DNA from: Mytilus edulis
Lineage: Eukaryota
Direction of reading: 5' to 3'
DNA length: 64,000 nt
Assembly: GCF_963676685.1 (NCBI RefSeq)
Contig: NC_092346.1
Coordinates: 60,698,001-60,762,000, forward strand
The notes under the pieces are model-generated. The model had not been told where the DNA came from. It was given only the letters and a program-made list of their open reading frames with translations, and made no database searches. Position 1 is the first letter of the stretch. Each line of letters begins with the position of its first letter. The translations under genes and the position numbers were made by a program. This document shows positions 50,601 through 64,000 of the stretch, piece after piece.

Positions 50601-53600
50601 TATACTTGTGTTTCCTGTCTCTAGTCTATACGTTTACATACATTTGTATATGTACATTGTACCCCATTTTATGAACATGTACACCATTGGTGAAGTTTGT
50701 AGTTTTAAAGTCCCTAATAGTTCCTTTGATGGCGTTATATTTCAAGATACATGTATATGTATAAAAATATTTTATAGGGGACAAGAAACAAGTTTAAATA
50801 TTTGTTTGGCCTGAAGAAACCTACTTGAATATTTTCTGTACAAAAATTACACTTGATCATCAATTTTGTACATTTGTATACATTGAACATACTAGTCTGG
50901 ATCTTTTTTACACTCTTTTAACTGGTGTCAATTGTGATGTCCATTTTAATTTTAGGGCATTTCTAGGACAGTTGATATACCTGAATTATTTAATATCTAC
51001 TAATGAAAAATTTGCAAAGGGAGATAATTTTGTTGCTGAATTGATGTAAAAAGTGTATGGTCTAACTTATATAGATTTTGAGAGAGAAAAAACGCATGTA
51101 ATTTTACAGTGGAAGTATAAGATTTTTTAAAGTGAATTTCTTACTTCACCAAAGAAATAACTAAGTTAATACAGATATTAAACATGTAGATGTACATGAT
51201 GTAGGATATTGGATAATTTAAAGAGAAACAAAAGGTCTAATAAAGAAATCCCAGAAATATTTCAAGTTTGGGTTCAAAATTTGGGTTGAATTTTATTCTT
51301 TTCTGAACTCTTTCATAGTGACTAACTTTACATTTATGTGATTTTTGTGATGTAGACAAATCTGTTTAGTTTAAACAATATTTATTCAGATAAATCAACA
51401 TTAAACATATTATACAATGAAATAATATTAAGGATTCAGAAACAAGCAATTTGCTTTTACAAATCTGTCTCCCTGTCTCCCAAATCTGTTTATAAAGTGA
51501 TCTAAAGGTGTTATATTTTTTGAATTAAGAAGATGATTATATGTTTTTTAACCTGATTTACCAGGTATTTTCTTCTCTCATTTGAATGGAAATGATGACA
51601 ACATAATAAGATTAGAGATTTAATATTCTATGAGGAAACTTCAGTGTTTAACCAAGCATAAACATGGTTTAAATATATTTCAAGGTACATGTATCCCTTT
51701 AAACAGTTCTTAAATCTCTAAATATTGTTATACATGCATGTTATAAACAAAATAAATTTATTTCAAAACTGCCATGATACAGTTATATTTAAAACATTGG
51801 AAACTAATTATTCTGGTAACTTCAGTTTGTGATAAGAGTTGATTATATTGAACTGGGGCAATCTGCCATGCCTTAAGTTCTGAGTGAATATTGAAATCCC
51901 CTACAAAATCTCGGTCTATTAAGTAACTCTTTAGGGTCTAACATTATAACATAACATTCTAAAGAAATATATATATATACAAAATACACAATGTATCTTT
52001 TTGGTTGAATTAAAACAATTATTTATATATATATTTAAAGGGGCATATGTTAAGAGATATAAAAAATATTTAAAAATGCTTTTTTTGTTTAATCTTTATT
52101 AAAAGAAGGTAAAAAGTGAAATAATAATTTGCTTTTAGCAGCCAGTTTGGTTCAATTCTGTCAAAATAAGTTAAGAAGCATCACTGATGGTTTATTCACT
52201 TACAAGTGAATAGTTTGACATCATTGAATCCCTTTTCATGGGACCTTCAATATAACCTCTTAGCTAGAGTTTGGTTATGCATAAATTAAGCTGTTCACCT
52301 ATGTTCAGTTACATTGTATTTAAAGGAAAAGAATGTCAACACTAAAATTGAAATAAGGGTTAACCATTTGATTGACTTATTTGATCCACAATAACTCATT
52401 TTTATACAGGTAAAAAAAAATTAACTTATATTTGTTAAACTATAATAATTGAAATCAAACAGACTTAATAAAGTCCTATTGCACAAGTTCGCTACAATGT
52501 ATCCATTTATAACTATATTTACTTGTATAGTTATTTGACCGTCAGCAGTCGTCCATGGTCACCTCAAGGGTGAAATAATTAGATGGCCTTGGTGTCTAGA
52601 CTAAATTACATATTATTGAGCCCATGCCTTGTAAATTGTTTATTTTAGACTTTTTATTACTTGGATATACGTTTTAGTATGTTATAACTCTAATATAAGA
52701 ATTTAAGTCAAATTAGTGAACATGAATTTGACATCTAATGCCTCTTTAAAACGATGATTGAAAAATGTTGGAATATGACTTTATTTACTTGTCTTATCCT
52801 CCTATTCTGTCCATAGGATAAAACTCCAGGATACAGATATTTATAAGGATATTATGAGCGACCATGCACAGAATTATTTTCATATCTAAATATAACACTT
52901 ACACTTTTAGAAGGATATGATGATTGATCTAAGTGTTAACACTTGAAGAAAAATCAATCTTTTAAAATCCTCCTCTGGAGGTGGTCTTTTTAAATGAGAT
53001 TAGATATAGATCTTCCAGTTTACATAAGACAAAAGATCTATCTTTGTTAGGTCAATCTCAGGAAAGAATGATATTTTTTACTAGTGGTAACATGGTCTAA
53101 GTCATGTATTTCTGCTCAAAATAATCCCCTCTAAAATTACTGAACAAATTCTTTTGCTTAAAAAATATTTCTGATGACTTAATGCCCAAACAACATTGCC
53201 TTCAGCTGAAATAAAAACATTAGGTCAAATGCATGTACACTGTAATTGTTTAATACATTTAAAAAGTTAAAAAGGCCTCGGTGCCTGAGTGGTCTAGGAG
53301 CTACTACTATAATCACTAGCCAGTCAACACTGAGGTTGTGAGTTCCAACAGCTCGTGCAGGTGTACTCAACTCCAATCTAAATTGACTTGGATTGTCAGT
53401 TTTCCTATCAAAGGTCATGGTTTTCTCCAGGCACTCTGTCTTCCTCCACCAATAAAAACTGGCCACCAGTCCACAAAATTGCCTAAATGTGGTGCTTAAA
53501 AGTGGTGTTAAAACACCAAAGAAAAACCCAAAAACCCAACAATTAATAAGTTATGTCAATATCTTGACATCAGAAAAAAGAATAATTTGATTATGGACAA

Positions 53601-56600
53601 AAGAATTTTTTCTTTCTCAAATATTATTGTGTATCTATGATAAGTTGAATTAAGTGTATTACTTACATTGCACATGTACATTTATATGTGTTCAAATTAC
53701 CCCATATAAAATATAAGAATTGAGGTTGTGTCATTGAGTATATATATATTTTTTCTTTTTCAGAAATGCTGGTATAGATCTTGTAAAAGTAAGTAAAAAA
53801 TATTCTTTATCGTTTATAGGATTGCCATTTTTGTGTAGACTTATACATGTATATAACCTCTCATTATATATACTCTCATCATGATGATCATAGTGGATAT
53901 AGAATTAAAAGTGTTATTAATTTCACAGGCCATGTATCACTTTCTGGGGAAAACTGACTGCTCATTTGTTCAGATAAAGTAGTGTGCTAGCACTGTTCCT
54001 TGACATTTGACAAATATCTAAATAAAATATTTATTCTAACATAGCTATATATATATATAGTTGTCTATCATTGTGGGTTCTTACATGTATTGCTTGTTTA
54101 TACACACTCCTTAAATGCATACAATTATTTTTTATTCATGTTTGTTTTGTAATATTTGCATATCATTGACCATGTTGACTAGAGAGATATAACTTGTCAT
54201 ATTAAATTTGATGGAACTATGTGATAGATTTTTGTGTAATATTATCAACTCCCTTGACATAACTGATATAGCTGACGTATGGGTTTTATTCATTGTTGAA
54301 GGCCATACAGTGACCCATAGTTGTTAATTTATGTATCATTTGGTCTCTTGTGGAAAGCTGTTTCATTGGCAATCATACAACATATTCTTATTTTTATATA
54401 TAACATATACATTGTGTTGTACTCATTATCTGACCTTTAGCTCTGTCATATTTACATGTATATTGGAATTGCAGTTGACCCTTCTTTTGAATAAGATCAT
54501 GCATGGAGGTTTACCACATAGGTTTCCAATGATCCTTATGAGAAGTCTCACAATTGTAGACATAGTCATAATGTAATTGTGGAAATTTGAATAGGAATAG
54601 ATAAAGTTCAATTATGCCAAAATGTGGCAAATATTTCAACTTTATTATACAAATCAAAAAGTTCACACCACATATGTTGTTAAACAGATAAAAGCCTGAA
54701 TGCTGCAAAAAAACAATGTTTTCAACTTTGTTCTTTATTTGACATTTTTAACTTTTTTTGGATTCGAGCGTCACTGATGAGTGTTTTGTAGACGAAACGC
54801 GCGTCTGGCGTAAATACAAATTTTAGTCCTGGTATCTATGATGAGTTTTATTCATATGGGTATATATAACAGACCCAAAAGTTATGGAGATATTGTCGAA
54901 CTTTATGATTTTGTTGCTTTTATGGTCCTAAAATATTAGGATAACCTTGGCCACCTATTAGGATTTAAAATGTTTTTTAAACCAAAATATGTCATGATTT
55001 AAATTGAACCCCTAGATACAAACATTTCTGGATCAGGGGTTGCAATTTAAGATGAGGCTCACTTATGACTTGTCATACAATTGAATAATGTACATATTTT
55101 TTGCTATCGTAAGTAAGACAACCAAATATGAGTCATCTATAAAGCATGACATTTTGTACTTTATAGATTATTTTTCAATCTTGTGACTAATTTAATTGAA
55201 GATAATACATGTACAAGATATTACTAGTAATTAATACACAATAACCGTTGTACAGACATGAGCTAGTCTTATTCTCTGATCATTTGTTCTTTTATAAGAT
55301 AATGTCAGATGCCTCCACCCAGCTTGTCAGAGAACATAATTTAGTCAGATAGTGTAATACATCATATTTAAATGCTTTTATGAAGTACTACAGTAACAAT
55401 GAGAAGTGCATAATTTAAGTCAGTATCTATATAGAGTACTTTGTTGTTGAGTGAAGATCAAGGCCAGACAATCATCTTATTTTGGCAACAGTTGTATACA
55501 TATATCCACACTTTCTTGCAAATTCAAGGTTTAAAAGGTGATGACCTATTTCTATTTTTAAAGTTGATGATAGCATTTTAATACATTTATCTATAAATAA
55601 GACAAATAACAAGTTCCTATTAAAATTATTCCGATAACTTGACTTAATCATCTTTTATGAGGTGCTCTAATAAGTATACATGTACATAATACATAGGTAA
55701 TAAATGACACTAATTGGAATTTATAAATATATTTATTGATTTCTTTCCGATCATAAGTAGGTTGTAGTAGATAGGTTTTGATCTTTAGTTGTAGATCAGT
55801 AGTATACTTGGTCATATGACAAATAAAGTTTATTATGGATACAAAGAATTTGTTATTCAGTTGATATAAAAACACACCAGAACAAACTAGTTAACTCCAG
55901 TACAAGAATATGTAAATTGAATGTGCCTCTAACAGTACATGTAGCATGTCTGCTTTTTATGCTCCTCTGATAAAATTTGTCCTTGTACATAGTTTATTGG
56001 TGAACATTCAAACATACATGACCTAGGAATGATTCAAATGGTGTTTACAAAAGACCATATTATACAAAAATGAATACACGTATTTTCTCACTGATCAGAT
56101 ATTGTTATTCATATTCTATTACAAAATAGAATAATAAGTTTGAATGATACATACCATTTATACGCCACAACAAACATATATCAGTATCACTATTTTTCAA
56201 AATGAACTTTTTTCTTGTTCAGACCTTTGTATTATGTAATATAGAAAAGTCTCTGTTCAACGTAAACTACTACTTATAAGGTATTTCAATACCCCTTACA
56301 TTCAACGAAAAAATAAAACTCTATCCCTGTATAAAGAGGGCACATTTTCTGTTTTTAAAGCCTTCATCTATGTCTTGGAACCTCTTATGAGTAGTTAGCT
56401 ATTAAAGATGATGATAACTATGACTGTTTCAGTCTTCACATTTAACCACAAGTCCTACTGCATTGGCTTGTAAAATTCTTCTCTACAAGCCAACAGAATC
56501 CAACTAGTATTTTAAAAAATACTGAGTTTCAGGCTTGTGAACTCAAAAGTTTATTGTGAAGGCTACTATTTTAACCATAGAGACACAGGGCTCTGCAGTA

Positions 56601-59600
56601 AATTGATAATCAACTCCTTTATGAGTTTATGCCCTTTGATCAACATTTTTACCCAGGTTTTTTGTAAGTTATATGTTTGGTTATCTTGAGAATTAAAATG
56701 GTTGGAGAGAAACTGTAAATAACTGAAATGAGCAACAAAATAGATTTTACTAAATGGGTGAACTGAATGTGATGAACTTATTAGGGAAGTCACTTTCCAT
56801 AAATGACATGTTTTTAGAATTTTTTTTCAGTAATCTTGAAACCTATTATTCATACATAAATTTAAATAGAAACAGAAACAGAAAGACAAAATCTACAAGA
56901 AAATAGATTAAAGAAAAGGGTTGATAGACCCATTGGGTCAATGTCCTTTAATGACATGACTTTTATTTAAAAAGAAATATTCTCTCAGTGAATCTGGAAC
57001 AATCATTAGTGCAGAAAATTTCATGCACATTCTTCATCTCATCTATCTTGTAATGTCTTTGCTTTAATTATTACAAAAGATAACCGTGTTTCAAAGCCTT
57101 TCTTTATGGTTTGGATGAAGAAAAAAAACTGTCATTTCAGCTTTAATTATTTTAATAAGCTGCTACCAGTTTAGGTCATAAAAAAGAATAGGTTTGTTTG
57201 CCCAAACCCTGCCTACCCAGAAAAAAGCTGCCTACTCAAATTCTTTTATTGTCCTGATTTGAAGAAGTTTTTTTTTAATCAGATAGGCATGAAGACTAAT
57301 GAACATCCGTTACTTCAATTTCTTTAAAAAAAAAAAAAGAAATGCCTACCTACCTACCCACTGTCTCAACTTTGGATAGGGTTTGGGCAAACCAAAATAT
57401 TTTTAATTGTGGCCTTAATTGTGTACATTTTACACCAAACTAACTATTATTGTCTTACATTTACTGTAGTTTGATATAGACCAGCCTTTAACAGAACAGG
57501 GACCATTTGATTTAATTCTACATAAATGTACTGGGTTGATGGTAGCTGCCAAAGATGGGGACCTTACTGCTGAGTGTCAAATAAATAATATAAAGGTAGG
57601 TAAGATTCACCTGGATATTTACATTTATGTCGCTAGTTAAAGGTATAGTGATACAGAAGAAAAGACCCTTGGCCTAATTATTCAGATATAGACTCAGGGA
57701 AATATTTGTCACAAATATTTATCAAGAATGGTCTACAGATATTTGAATGTTTTTAAAAATTGATAGAATGTCAGACAATCACATCGGCTGAAGCCTGCCT
57801 CCTGATACAGGATTTTCTGGCTGCATTGAAGACCCATTGGTTTTCATGGGCTGTTTTCTGCTCTGTGGTTGGGTTGTTACCTCTTTGACACATTTCTGTT
57901 TCCATTCTCTATTCTAATGATAAAAACTATCCATGGATATGTCTGGATTTACCAAGAAGTACATTACTGGAACTGGTTTGTTTTGAACCAACTCTTTAAA
58001 CAAAATAAATTGTATTGTTAACTGCAGCTTTTATCCACTGTTTATTTTAGGTTTTGAAATAAACAATCATCGACAAACATACATGTGAATAATTTAACTG
58101 ACAATTGTATAAAATGTAAATTGAATTTACAGGTTATCTAGGCATGTAAAATAAATTACCTTGAAACCATGCCAGTAACAAAATTAAGTGAAATGAGGTG
58201 TGCTTTTAAAACAAATTTGATAACTAAAGGTACATGTATTGTAGCTGTTTTAATATTTAATAAAACCTACATTTATATAATTGGTAAAAGTTCTGCTCTT
58301 TGGTCGGGTTGACACATTTATCAGTTTTATAATTAAGCAGTCGGAAACCAGGTTGAAATAGAACAAAAGAATCGAAGCTCTTTTTTTAGAGAAGGCGATA
58401 AATGTTTACTGTATTGTTTACTATAGTGACAAAATTTTAAAAAGTTAATAGAAACAAACAAAATTGCAATTTTCTTCTCAATTACGAGGTGTTTTATTTT
58501 AAAAACCCCATTTGCATAAGTTTTCAATTTATCTAGTTCATAGTTAAGCAGAACAATTAGATATCAAGTCGACGACATGGGTATCTTTCAAGTTGGATGA
58601 CAAAAATGCATAACCTCCGATTTTTTTGAAAAAATTACCACGGACGGAAACCATATCAATCTATTACTTCAGTAATTTTCGTGTCTGCCCTTCCATTATG
58701 TGACTGAAGAAAAAATTCCAAAAATGGGTAACAATTGTATCGAAAAGAGAAAATCGAGTGCACCGTTTTATGTTAGGGCGTGTTTGAGTTGAGTATATTG
58801 TCTTGATATCGTACAAAGCAAGAATATTTCATACATCGTCTCGCTTCAAATTCTATCATTTTTATACATTAAAGCTACAGGTTGACGTTATAACACAAAA
58901 AAATCACAGTACTAAAAGATGAAATATATAGGTCAATTGAAATACCTATCTAATGAGTCACAAAAACAGAGAAGGTGTGTTCGAATAGCTATTTTTTTAC
59001 TGAAAGTACTTGACGACAGTCTTTCAAGTTGGATGATGAAAATGCATATCTTCGAAAAATTCCAATTTTTTGTGTGTGATAACTAGAGTTTATAGTCTTC
59101 ATACACTAAAAAAATCTAGTCTGCCCTTCCACGAAATATTTATTTAGATTTTTTTTAAATGTTTATGAATTTTCGAAAATTCCACCTGACAACTGATCAG
59201 ACAATAGTTTTAAGTTGAATCAATGCAGACAAGATTATTAACTGATGCTCATTAGCTGGTTGATACATTTGTCTTTAAAAATACAACTGACATATAAGGA
59301 TCGTAATGGTGCAATATGGATAAATTTATCGGTTTCCAAGAGCAAAATTGGTAGCGCGTCATCCCTACAATGGCTTCCGTTTCTACGATTGTGAAAATGA
59401 ACTGGCGTAATGGGGAGATAATTTTGACGAAGTAGGATCCTGACTGAATGATTATGTTTAATTTTTGATATTTTATTTTGAGTTTTCGAACAAAAATCCT
59501 CAGCTATATATAATACATGTATTATAGAAGAATTTGATTGATTCATGACTGATAAGAAGAAACCCTCAATGATTGATTTATGCCAATCAAAATTGAAAAT

Positions 59601-62600
59601 TTATTTTTCTTTTTGGAAAGTAATGATTATTTGTTGATTGGCATTTTGGCAAATATTTGGCATACTCCTAGAAATCAAGGGCAGGAAACCCAAGTTAATT
59701 ATTTTCTGTGTTTTATGTGATACTGTCTGTCCAATGGTATCTTAGAAACCCAATTAGTTCAATTATTATGTCAGGTAAAAGAGAATCAGCCGAAATTTTT
59801 TTTAATTAACTAATATGTTTGTTCAAGCTTCAGAGAGTCTTAATTGAATGAAATTGACAATTGTTACAAAATAAATCAAAATTGTAAATAAATCATATAC
59901 TAACTAGGAGGTTTTTTTTTTATCAAGCTAATAGATAATGGATCAATATATCATCTTCATTAGATGGTATTGACAGGATGTATTTGTTTTTCTCCAATGT
60001 TAATTCCCTTAAGTAAATATGGAATAAAAATCTATGAATATATACACCAAAAACAAAGTCGGTTACCATATGAATAGTTCATACTTATCATAGCACTAGA
60101 AACAGAAACTTATGTATCAATATTATATAGTATATAAGAAAAATCTATAGATTTTAAATGGGAGATTTGATGATATAAAGACAAATTTAAGAACTTGTTT
60201 TGCTGATTTTATGTGCTTTCTATACAAATCCTTATAAGATTGGATGTATTATGGTGTATGTATCGTTGTATATCCCTCCATTGTCAACACTTCGAACAAC
60301 AACTCTTAAACTCTTTCTGACACCAATTTTCATGAGACTTTGGTGAATGGTTTATATCTATTGACATAAGCTCCCTTTTGAATTTTATAAATTTGATTTG
60401 ATGTGTCTAAGTTATAGGATTTCATTTATGCACTCATGGTGCAGCTCTTTATTAATTATGCTTACGGTCCATTTATATATTGAGTCATTTTTGCTGTCAT
60501 AATTTGCATAAATGGATTTAGATTTAATTTATTTATCAAGATAATAAGTAGTGTTAAATACATCATCATGTCATACAAAAATGTTTGCATGAGGACCGAA
60601 ATGTTTTTGTATATGTCCAGATACAAGCAGTCATTGAGGAATATTATATATTGAGATATCTCAGATTGTACATGTAATGAAGGTCCATAACATCATAAAA
60701 GTGAGAAGATGTGGTATGATTGCCAAAGAGACAACTCTTCTCCAGAGACCAAATGAAGCAAAAGTTAACAACTATACATCCCCTGCAGCTTTAAACAATG
60801 TAGAATGATTTCAGTAGTGACCAAGATCATATCTAAATGGTGTTGATAATTTGGTAGTTGAGGAAGGTCATAGTTTGGAGCCCTGAGCATTTTATATGGA
60901 GGACTTTGAAATTACTACAAGTAGTAGGTATTTCTCTGTCAAGCATACATCAGTGAGGAGCAAGAGTCTACTTGGAGTCAGAATGTTTTTTGTGGGATTA
61001 CATATCTTCCTGTGGACTAACATCTGACACAGCTTGTCAGCCTACTTCATAACTCATATGGTTGATTTTCCCTTGCATAGTAAACTTCCATTTATCCATC
61101 AAACCTAAAGTGAAAGAAGTATCCGTGTTTGCAACAGTTTTTGTTTCCATCATTTACTATTGATGTTAATACAAGTCACATTGTTATTTCCATTTCAAGG
61201 TCGCCGCAATTTTGCGCCTGTCCCAAGTCAGGAGCCTCTGGCCTTTGTTAGTCTTGTATGATTTTAAATTTTAGTTTCTTGTGTATAATTCGGAGTTTAG
61301 TATGACGTCCATTATCACTGTACTATTATGCATATTTTAGGGGCCAGCTGAAGGACACCTACGGGTGCGGGAATTCTCGCTACATTGAAGACCCATTGGT
61401 TGCCTTCGGCTGTTGTTTGCTCTATGGTCGGGTGGTTGTCGCTTTGACATATTCACCATTTCCTTTCTCAATTTTACTCTTTCAATAAATATGTTGCTAT
61501 TGAATAATGAAACATGTAAATCAATTGTTTAACTTTTGAAATGTACATTAAAAAATCCATATTATTAAGCTTGTCCAAAATTGGTGATATGTCTTTAAAT
61601 CAATCTCAAAAAGTTCTGTTGAAAAAGTAAAGGGAATATACTGTGATCGTGATCATTACCATTTACATGACATACAAAAGTTCCTACATAGAGAAAACAC
61701 ACACATGTATATATGAACAACATAAATTTGATAAAATTAAGAAAGTTTTGTGAATAATACCTTTAGATTTAAATGGCAAAAAAAGATAGGATGACATACC
61801 ATTTTCTTAATGAATTTCTAAAAGAGTGTCTGTGAACCTGAATATAGAATATTGTTTACTCAACAATATTTACACATAACTTACACATAGGCTATCAGCA
61901 CTAACAATAAAAGATCAAAATTGACTAATGTCATATAAAGTAGGAAAAAGATTGAAAATTATTTTCATTAATGTTAGGTTTTTAAAAGTTTGAATTTGTC
62001 TTCCTATTTATCACAAATTAGCTATGTATTTGACATGCATTATTTGTAAAAAGAATATGCACAAATGTATTGCTATATTATGGGCAATGATGGACAAAAT
62101 TAATACCCTAAACGTCCAAAAAGCTTGCAAAAGTAATGTGGCCTACTGTGATGTGTAATTATGTAAAAAAGATTTTTTAAAATATAATATAACTTTTATT
62201 TAGATATAATTTTATTAGATATTTCTTTACTTTTAAAACTATTTTTTGTTATTTACAGGATTACATTGAGAAGAATCCTGGTTGTATAATAGTAGATAAG
62301 TTTGAGCATATAAATCACTTATTAGATAGAAATTACCAGTATCAGTTGTTACTACAGTGCCATTTATTAGATTCTGGTAAGTAACATGCATATGATGTGG
62401 TAGGATGTAGTGTTAGTGTTTGGAAGGATGTAGTATATGGAGATGGAAGTTTGGGGTGTAGGTGTATTGATAGATATATGGTAGGAAAGGTGTATTAAGT
62501 GATGTGGTACAGTGAATAAAAGTATGATTTCAGGGTTTCGTTCAATATCGTAGCAGCTACTAAGGGCTACATAGATTTTAACTACTGAACATTACGCTAG

Positions 62601-63092
62601 CCTAGCCACAAAATAAATCTAGGTAGCCTAAAAAAATCTATGCTATCTAGAATATCCAAGATGGTGTCATTACTCATGACATCATTTAAATAGGCTAGCT
62701 ACGTGGCATATCGTTCAATATTGATATCCAAGATATGGCAGCTATACTAGCTTCTATGATATTGAATGTAACCCATATTAAGTGTGATATAAACCAATGA
62801 TAATTAAGTTATTTCCAATACTTGCATGAATTGCAGGTCTCTGAATAGTTCCAAATATTTATTTTGCATGTTTATTAGATTAACAAATGGTTTACCAATA
62901 CATTTTACTGTAATAGTAGATAGTCATACATGATCCTTTCCCTATTGTAAATTAACCCTTTCCATGATATTAATGAGTATGTTTTTGTTACAGATTCTCC
63001 TGTTTTTACCCCTTCCTTTGTAAATTTGACTACAGCTGATACACAGAGCAACATACACAAGTTAAGGGAAGCCAATGTTACCTATCCTTTTG
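47666..63092 (+). CDS. ITPK1: Inositol-tetrakisphosphate 1-kinase, coding exons 1-5 (continues beyond the right edge)
   Basis: Exons 47666-47742, 53764-53788, 57470-57595, 62259-62376, 62994-63092; GT-AG and phase-consistent. Peptide MKRVGYWMSQKKNKRLN..GIDLVKFDIDQPLTEQGPFDLILHK..DYIEKNPGCIIVD..LLDR..VFTPSFVNLT..NVTYPF matches the ITPK1 N-terminus as I recall it. Confidence 0.93.
48108..48269. mobile_element. TA-flanked MITE (copy 2), followed by a degenerate partial copy to ~48400
   Basis: Same TIR as 32381-32542, opposite orientation. Confidence 0.85.
48567..48703. repeat. 69-bp tandem duplication
   Basis: TGGG.ACAGATTGTTCTGAAAGAGGTGCAAAAGTATATTAGTAGGG.AAATTCTATGCATATTTCCAA at 48567 and 48636. 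Confidence 0.9.
48822..49786 (+). mobile_element. Complete Helentron-associated element (HINE) with ~192-bp internal tandem array
   Basis: T-rich ends, GCGAGAC near both ends, CGTCGTCGGCGGCGTC microsatellite, ATTCACTCTGTGGTTAAAG at 48906, 49098, 49290 and 49483, and 3' hairpin GGGTTCCGCGGAACCC (49757-49772). Confidence 0.85.
52039..52745. mobile_element. TTAA-flanked (Kolobok-type) MITE, diverged
   Basis: TTAA-AGGGGCA ... TGCCTCT-TTAA; homologous to 14619-16030 in reverse orientation. Confidence 0.7.
53274..53530 (+). mobile_element. tRNA-derived SINE with V-domain-like core
   Basis: A-box-like GGTGCCTGAGTGGTCTA, degenerate B box, core GGTTTTCTCCAGGCACTCTGTCTTCCTCCACCA, A-rich tail. Confidence 0.6.
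54768..54811 (+). ncRNA. Minimal type I hammerhead ribozyme (Penelope/retrozyme-like)
   Basis: GCGTCA-CTGATGA-GTGT-TTTGT-AGAC-GAAAC-GCGC-GTC-TGGCGT: stem I GCGTCA/TGGCGT, GUC cleavage site, palindromic ACGCGCGT stem III, one G-G mismatch in stem II. Confidence 0.8.
57174..57414. mobile_element. Harbinger/Tourist-like MITE
   Basis: TTA TSD; GGTCAT..TTTGCCCAAACCCT / AGGGTTTGGGCAAA..GTGGCC inverted ends. Confidence 0.7.
62533..62774. mobile_element. Small MITE
   Basis: Imperfect TIR GGGTTTCGTTCAATATCGTAG / CTATGATATTGAATGTAACCC; TSD unclear. Confidence 0.55.
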
Positions 63093-64000
63093 GTAAGTCT
63101 GTAGTATGGTTATCTTTTGGTCTTTTTTAAATAGGCTGTACTGGTTTCATGGTCATTTAGTGTTCTGTCTCAAGCTGAATTGTGTTTGCAAATTAGCCAA
63201 CATTTAAAAGACTGCCATGCATATCCTATGCACAATTCATCATTATATCTACTTTTGTGTCTGTACAATTGTTTTGTTCCGAAATAATGATCAACAAATT
63301 ATTTTTGAGCCCTATATACATGCCCAGAGGATATTTTCACGTATATTATGCATTTTATTAAAATAAAACAAGAATAGAAATGAATTCTACTGCATCCATT
63401 GCCTTTTGGTATAGCAGGCTGACCTTGAGTGATGTCATTGAAAAGATCCCTGTCTTGGTCAAACATAAGACTTTTGTCTACTGTACCAAGCACTCATTAG
63501 ATCAGGATTTTGCAGTTTTGGCTCCTGGTTAGAACAATGTGGGTGAATATGTTGAAATGTCAACTTGCGAAATCTTTGTGTGCTAACGCTCATAGGTTTG
63601 ACTTAGAATGTCCGTCTAGTAGAAAGCAGTATATATATTGATATCTCAATGAAAGGTTATGGCCATGGCTATACAACAAATATTTTCTGCTGGATATTAA
63701 ACAGTGATGACCAGTAATATTCCTATGTAGTTCACATTATGGTAATTGAAAGTTGTTTTTTTCTGACAATCATGACATATACAGGAAATTGACATTCTAG
63801 TATGGCCTAACTGCTGCTTTTTATAAGACTCTAACTTTAGTAAAAGTGAATAGAAATTTTAACACAAAATTTATGACCACAAAAGGAAGGTTGGGATTGA
63901 TTTTGGGAGTTTTGGTCCCAACATTTTAGGAATTAGGGGCCAAAAAGGGCCCAAATAAGCATTTTCTTGGTTTTGGCACTATAACTTTAGTTTAAGTAAA

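Noticed and set aside
58334-59700. Possible TTAA-flanked DNA element; similar repeat-like tract at ~42950-44900
   Set aside because: Internal short duplications suggest TE remnants, but I could not find matching termini or TSDs.

Overview
AT-rich, intron-rich animal DNA; the repeat repertoire looks like a bivalve such as Mytilus (inference). There are two divergent host genes: NUP133 on the minus strand (11 coding exons, 32859 down to 13927, continuing off the left edge) and ITPK1 on the plus strand (5 coding exons, 47666-63092, continuing off the right edge). About 14.8 kb separates them, containing two RTEX-like LINEs and other repeats. NUP133 introns hold two apparently intact autonomous DNA transposons, both co-oriented with the gene. 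The first is a 12.7-kb Kolobok-type element (155-12896, TTAA TSD) whose 7-exon gene I assemble by hand into an uninterrupted 940-aa DDE transposase fused to a catalytically complete DEDDh 3'-5' exonuclease; the ORF track misses this. The second is a 6.4-kb Academ (XPG-type) element (18455-24874, TTA TSD) with a 1472-aa ORF, bipartite asymmetric ends and a splice acceptor in frame with NUP133 exon 6. Also present: two minimal hammerhead ribozymes in sense orientation within introns, a LINE plus palindrome bracketed by a 41-bp duplication, and many MITEs, Helentron-associated elements and SINEs. All gene models and family assignments were made by eye with no database searches.
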